Shown: piece by piece, positions 59,883 through 64,000 of the stretch | How positions within the stretch are numbered: the stretch's first letter is position 1 | Layout: each line of letters begins with the position of its first letter | Assembly (NCBI GenBank): GCA_019057385.1 | Contig: JAHQJS010000005.1 | Coordinates: 96,001 to 160,000, forward strand | Source of the DNA: Candidatus Borrarchaeum weybense | Lineage (GTDB): Archaea > Asgardarchaeota > Sifarchaeia > Borrarchaeales > Borrarchaeaceae | Direction of reading: 5' to 3' | DNA: 64,000 nucleotides | Notes under the pieces: generated by a model | What the model saw: only the letters and a program-made list of their open reading frames with translations | What the model was told of the DNA's origin: nothing | Database searches by the model: none | Position numbers and translations under genes: made by a program

Positions 59883-60284
59883 ATGCCATTAACTTCTATT
59901 ACAGGCAAACCCGTAGTTTCTGGCAAGGTTAGAGGAGATATATTATTTTCATCAGAAACTATCTCATTTCTTGGTGGCGTTAACCCAAAAACGGGAATTG
60001 TGATCGCTCGTAACCATAATTTAGAAGGAAAATCTATTAAGGACACAATCCTTGTTTTTCCACACGGGAAGGGCTCAACTGTTGGATCTTATGTCCTTTA
60101 TTCACTTGCAAAGAATAATGTAGCTCCAAAAGCCATAATTAATCGAATAGGCGATCCAGTTGTCGTTGTAGGTGCAATTATTGGAGAGATACCCATGCTT
60201 ATTGATGTAGACATTGATCTACTACATGATGGAATGACAGTTGAAGTTGACGCGGACCAAGGGATTATTAAAATTTTAGACTAA
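59883..60284 (+). CDS. Phosphomevalonate dehydratase small subunit (AcnX swivel, DUF126)
   Basis: ISFLGGVNPKTG, GKGSTVGSY. Confidence 0.92.
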   Translation: MPLTSITGKPVVSGKVRGDILFSSETISFLGGVNPKTGIVIARNHNLEGKSIKDTILVFPHGKGSTVGSYVLYSLAKNNVAPKAIINRIGDPVVVVGAIIGEIPMLIDVDIDLLHDGMTVEVDADQGIIKILD

Positions 60285-60299
60285 AAGGCAGGGTCAGAT

Positions 60300-61511
60300 A
60301 TGTTTTTGACTGCTAAAGAAGAACGAATTCTTGATGGAGAAGAGGGTTACGCTCGCCAGTTAGCAATGAAAATCGTTGTTAAGCTAGGAGACATCTTTTC
60401 TGCAGACAAACTTATTCCCATAACTGCTGCACATATCTCAGGTGCGTCCTACAAGACTATTGGTGATGCACCAATCGCGTTTTTAGAGGATTTAGTAAAA
60501 AATGGTGCACGAGCTACGGTCAAAGCGACTTTAAATCCCATTGGTTTCGATCTTCACGATTACAAGAATTGGTCTCTTTCGCAAACCGTCATTGAGAAGC
60601 AAAAGTATATTATCCATCTGTATGAAAAGTTGAGCATTGAGCCTATATTGAGTTGTACTCCCTACGTGTTGGAAAACTTTCATCTATCTCTTGGCGATCA
60701 TATTGCATTTTCCGAATCCTCAGCGTGTGTTTATACAAATTCGGTTATTGGTGCAAGAACCAATCGTGAAGGCGGACCAAGCGCATTAGCAAGTGCAATT
60801 ATTGGAAAGACAGCAAACTATGGATTACATATCACAGAAATGCGTCAACCTAAATTGCTAGTTGAGGTAGAAAACCCACCTAAAGAATATGCCGAATTTG
60901 GAATGCTCGGCACTTATGTAGGACGATTAGCTCGGGACAATATCCCAATCTTTCAAGGTATTCGAAACGCTACAAATAATCAATTAAAGTACTTAGGTGC
61001 TGGACTTGCTTCGACTGGAATGGTTGCTATGTTTCATATGCTTGGAATAACACCTGAAGCTAAAGAAATTGATGTAAAAGAATATAGCGAGAAAATAACT
61101 GTATCACAAGATGAATTGAATAATGAACTAAATAAACTCTCTACAACAGATAATGTTCCAGACTTAATTTTCATAGGATGCCCACATTGCTCTCTTCAAG
61201 AAATACAAGAAATTGCAGCCTATCTGCAAAACAAAAAAGTGAGAGATGATCTTAAATTATGGGTTTGTACCTCTCAGGAAATAAAGAAAAGTGCACAACA
61301 AGAGATAAAAACAATTGAAAACTCGGGCGCCAAAGTAATTTGTGATACGTGCATCGTTGTTGCATATCTTGAGCAGTTAGGCATCAAAACTATGATGACA
61401 AGTTCTGCGAAAGCTGCGAACTACACACCACATTTCTGTGATATTGACTCTGTGATGAATACCGTTCAAGGCTGTCTCGAAACTGCTACTACCAAACTCA
61501 AAGATATATAG
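60300..61511 (+). CDS. Phosphomevalonate dehydratase large subunit (AcnX, DUF521)
   Basis: AHISG, SCTPY, SESSA, GARTNRE, GCPHCS, DTC, SAK. Confidence 0.92.
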   Translation: MFLTAKEERILDGEEGYARQLAMKIVVKLGDIFSADKLIPITAAHISGASYKTIGDAPIAFLEDLVKNGARATVKATLNPIGFDLHDYKNWSLSQTVIEKQKYIIHLYEKLSIEPILSCTPYVLENFHLSLGDHIAFSESSACVYTNSVIGARTNREGGPSALASAIIGKTANYGLHITEMRQPKLLVEVENPPKEYAEFGMLGTYVGRLARDNIPIFQGIRNATNNQLKYLGAGLASTGMVAMFHMLGITPEAKEIDVKEYSEKITVSQDELNNELNKLSTTDNVPDLIFIGCPHCSLQEIQEIAAYLQNKKVRDDLKLWVCTSQEIKKSAQQEIKTIENSGAKVICDTCIVVAYLEQLGIKTMMTSSAKAANYTPHFCDIDSVMNTVQGCLETATTKLKDI

Positions 61512-61553
61512 GGGAATTATCTAAAAGGTTTCTCATAGGAGAGTGCGAAAAAA

Positions 61554-62882
61554 ATGGATTTACGTACATTTTTAAGGGAGCAAGAAACGAATGGACGTCT
61601 TATCAAGGTCAATAAACCTGTTTCGCTCAAATATGAACTTTCTGCTTTATTAAAAAAGTTAGATGGTGGATCGACGATCATTTTTGAGAATATTGATGCA
61701 AATCAGATGAAGATAGTCGGAAATACTTGTGCATCGAGACAATCGCTTTGTATGGCGCTTCAAACAGATATGAAATCCCTTCATGATACTATAATAAATG
61801 CAACGAAATCTCCCCGTGTACCAAACAAAATTTCTTTCTCTTTGTTAGAAGATAGAGTGCAATATGCACCGGATCTCTCACGCTTGCCAATTCCTACATT
61901 TTATGAGAAAGATCGTGGACCATACCTAACTGCGTCTTTAGTCTTTGCAAAGAGTCCCACTTCTGGTGTTCAAAATGCTTCATTTCATCGAATGCTGGTG
62001 ATCAATAAAAGACAACTTGCTATTCGATTAGTGCCACGCAATCTCTATAAATTTTACCAACTAGCAAAAGAGTCAAACCAATCATTACCAATTGCGATAG
62101 CTATCGGGCTACACCCAGCGGTGCATATTGGTGCATCAACACCGCTCCCCTCTGAATTTGATGAAATGAGTGTTGCTAACGCTTTAATGAATGATGCGCT
62201 AAAAACGGTTTCAACACCATCTCTTCAGATTGATGTACCAAGTCATGCAGAAATCATTCTGGAGGGCTATATTCATCAAGATGAAACTGTTGAGGGACCA
62301 TTTACTGATATCACTGGTACTTACGATGAAACTCGATCGCAACCAATAGTAGAAATAACCAATATGATTTTTAGGAAAGATGCAATGTTTCAGACAATCT
62401 TACCGGGTGGTATGGAACATAAAATATTAATGGGCTTTCCAAAAGAGGCAAAAATTTATGAATACGCGAAAAATGTTGTTCCTGATGTCCATGCAGTCAA
62501 TTTAAGTGCGGGTGGGTCTGGCTGGTTGCATGCTATCATATCCATAACTAAACAAAAACAAGGAGATGCAAAGAACGCTATATTTGCTGCATTTGCAGCG
62601 CATCCAAGTCTAAAAATCTGTACTGTAGTTGATGAAGATATTAACGTTTACGATATTAATGATGTAGAATGGGCTATCTGTACAAGAATGCAGGCCGATG
62701 AAGATGTTTTTATTCTCCCAAAATGCCGGGGTTCGAGTTTAGATCCGTCAGGAGATCAGGATGCCTTGCTAACAACAAAGGTAGGAATTGACGCCACAAG
62801 GGATTTAACGAAACCAAAAGAACACTTTGAAAAAGCTAAAATCCCTGGAGAAGATGAAATCAATCCCGCGCAATATTTTTGA
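61554..62882 (+). CDS. UbiD-family decarboxylase (anhydromevalonate phosphate decarboxylase by context)
   Basis: NASFHRM, EGPF, VVDEDI, SSLDPS, GIDAT; follows the AcnX pair. Confidence 0.9.
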   Translation: MDLRTFLREQETNGRLIKVNKPVSLKYELSALLKKLDGGSTIIFENIDANQMKIVGNTCASRQSLCMALQTDMKSLHDTIINATKSPRVPNKISFSLLEDRVQYAPDLSRLPIPTFYEKDRGPYLTASLVFAKSPTSGVQNASFHRMLVINKRQLAIRLVPRNLYKFYQLAKESNQSLPIAIAIGLHPAVHIGASTPLPSEFDEMSVANALMNDALKTVSTPSLQIDVPSHAEIILEGYIHQDETVEGPFTDITGTYDETRSQPIVEITNMIFRKDAMFQTILPGGMEHKILMGFPKEAKIYEYAKNVVPDVHAVNLSAGGSGWLHAIISITKQKQGDAKNAIFAAFAAHPSLKICTVVDEDINVYDINDVEWAICTRMQADEDVFILPKCRGSSLDPSGDQDALLTTKVGIDATRDLTKPKEHFEKAKIPGEDEINPAQYF

Positions 62883-62937
62883 TTCATTAGAAGTCTTCTT
62901 TGAGATGGAATTTGGTTGTTTAACAGAGTGAAATTAT

Positions 62938-64000
62938 ATGAGAGGAGTTAACGGAAGAGGAGGGTACAGTCTGACAAACAAGAGCCAGTATCTCCCACTT
63001 CTTCAAATTATTGAAGGCAAAGAGGTTGTCAAAGTTGGTAGTATCCAGAAAATCAAGAACGTACTTATTTCTTCACAAAGAGGTGCCTATGATACTCCAC
63101 GAAAAATGACCTCGACATTTATGAGCATGTTTAAGACTTGGAATAAACGAACTGAAACCGTAGACAAGAAATATTGCCGATTTTGTAATCTAGATCTTGC
63201 GGAAACTGAAAATTCCTTCCTAATTCAGGTAGCTGATCATCAAGAACGATCACCAGCTCCAATTGATACACAAAAAGACTTTATTGAAAGAGGATTTTTA
63301 GTTCTCATTAATCCTCAACCATGGCAAATGATCCAAGAAATCTTAGTACTAAAACGTCATGTAGAAACAATTTATGACTTTTCAATGACTGAGCATGAAA
63401 ATCTCTTCTATTGTGCACTAAGTTGCTGGCAACGTTATTCCGCCCTAAAAACTGAGTTACAATTGCATGCAGAGATGTCGTTAAAAGAAAGTTGGCTAAC
63501 CTTATTCACAAATGATAGAATGGGTGCGACAGTTTTGCATGCTCATAGCCAACCAGGCGTTAGCCTACTACCTCCAGGAAAGGAAACGAAACCTGAATTC
63601 CTTTCACAAGAGGCATGGAATTTTGCAGAAACAGATGCCTTTTCTGTATCAACTGTTCCAGGCAGAAACAATGAAATCGTTGTTTTTTCGAAAAGATCAT
63701 ATACTATTGATGAACTAAACATGATTACGATAAGCGAACAGTTAGGGCTAATACGTACCGCAATTCTGGATTTATATAATGATCTTTTTGGAGGAAAATT
63801 GCCTCTTAACGAAGGCATGTTTTTAAAATTCGACAGTCCTTCAATTTTGGTTTACGTTATTGTACCTTATTTTAATGAGGGAGCACCTCAAAGGTTATTG
63901 AATCTGCAATATTATTCTGGAACTCCAAGAGAAGTAGCACAAAATATAGCCATAAAGTTGCAACAACTTGATGAGTGGAAAATGTTTGAAAAACAGGGAC
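62938..64000 (+). CDS. HIT/GalT-superfamily nucleotidyltransferase-like protein (runs off the window)
   Basis: Manual translation: CRFC, LINPQP, GATVLHAHSQ (HxHxQ); start uncertain. Confidence 0.65.
   Translation, partial: MRGVNGRGGYSLTNKSQYLPLLQIIEGKEVVKVGSIQKIKNVLISSQRGAYDTPRKMTSTFMSMFKTWNKRTETVDKKYCRFCNLDLAETENSFLIQVADHQERSPAPIDTQKDFIERGFLVLINPQPWQMIQEILVLKRHVETIYDFSMTEHENLFYCALSCWQRYSALKTELQLHAEMSLKESWLTLFTNDRMGATVLHAHSQPGVSLLPPGKETKPEFLSQEAWNFAETDAFSVSTVPGRNNEIVVFSKRSYTIDELNMITISEQLGLIRTAILDLYNDLFGGKLPLNEGMFLKFDSPSILVYVIVPYFNEGAPQRLLNLQYYSGTPREVAQNIAIKLQQLDEWKMFEKQG

Overview
64-kb chromosomal segment of an Asgard archaeon, judged from a eukaryote-like actin, a single-domain gelsolin, a longin/uDENN-like protein, a tailed histone and a TPR-LRR protein among archaeal housekeeping genes (rpl21e-rpo4-DUF655-ksgA-hemK, radA, trpB2, atpA/F/H, two moeA, taw1, trpS, archease/rtcB, srp19, GPN GTPase, uppS plus the AcnX/UbiD mevalonate genes). 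The main feature is an accessory island (~21.9-32.0 kb) between trpB2 and atpA. It carries a minimal CRISPR-Cas-related locus (SF2 helicase-Zn finger-Cas1 fusion, Cas7-like RAMP, RAMP(Cas5-like)-HD nuclease fusion) but no CRISPR array, cas2 or cas6. Instead it has three copies of a long (89-148 bp) structured repeat, each followed by a variable segment. One variable segment matches the cas7 promoter with mismatches at positions 1, 6, 24, 30 and 36 from the repeat end, the 6-nt register expected of a Cas7-bound guide. This suggests an RNA-programmable, self-regulating system. Other notable items: Trp-rich and poly-Ser leader uORFs followed by oligo-T tracts (candidate archaeal attenuators) upstream of trpB2 and a comB-like phosphatase; an orphan IscB omegaRNA/HEARO-type element and two related mini-elements; and apparent ATA/ATT start codons. 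All calls come from reading motifs by eye; no searches or folding programs were run.
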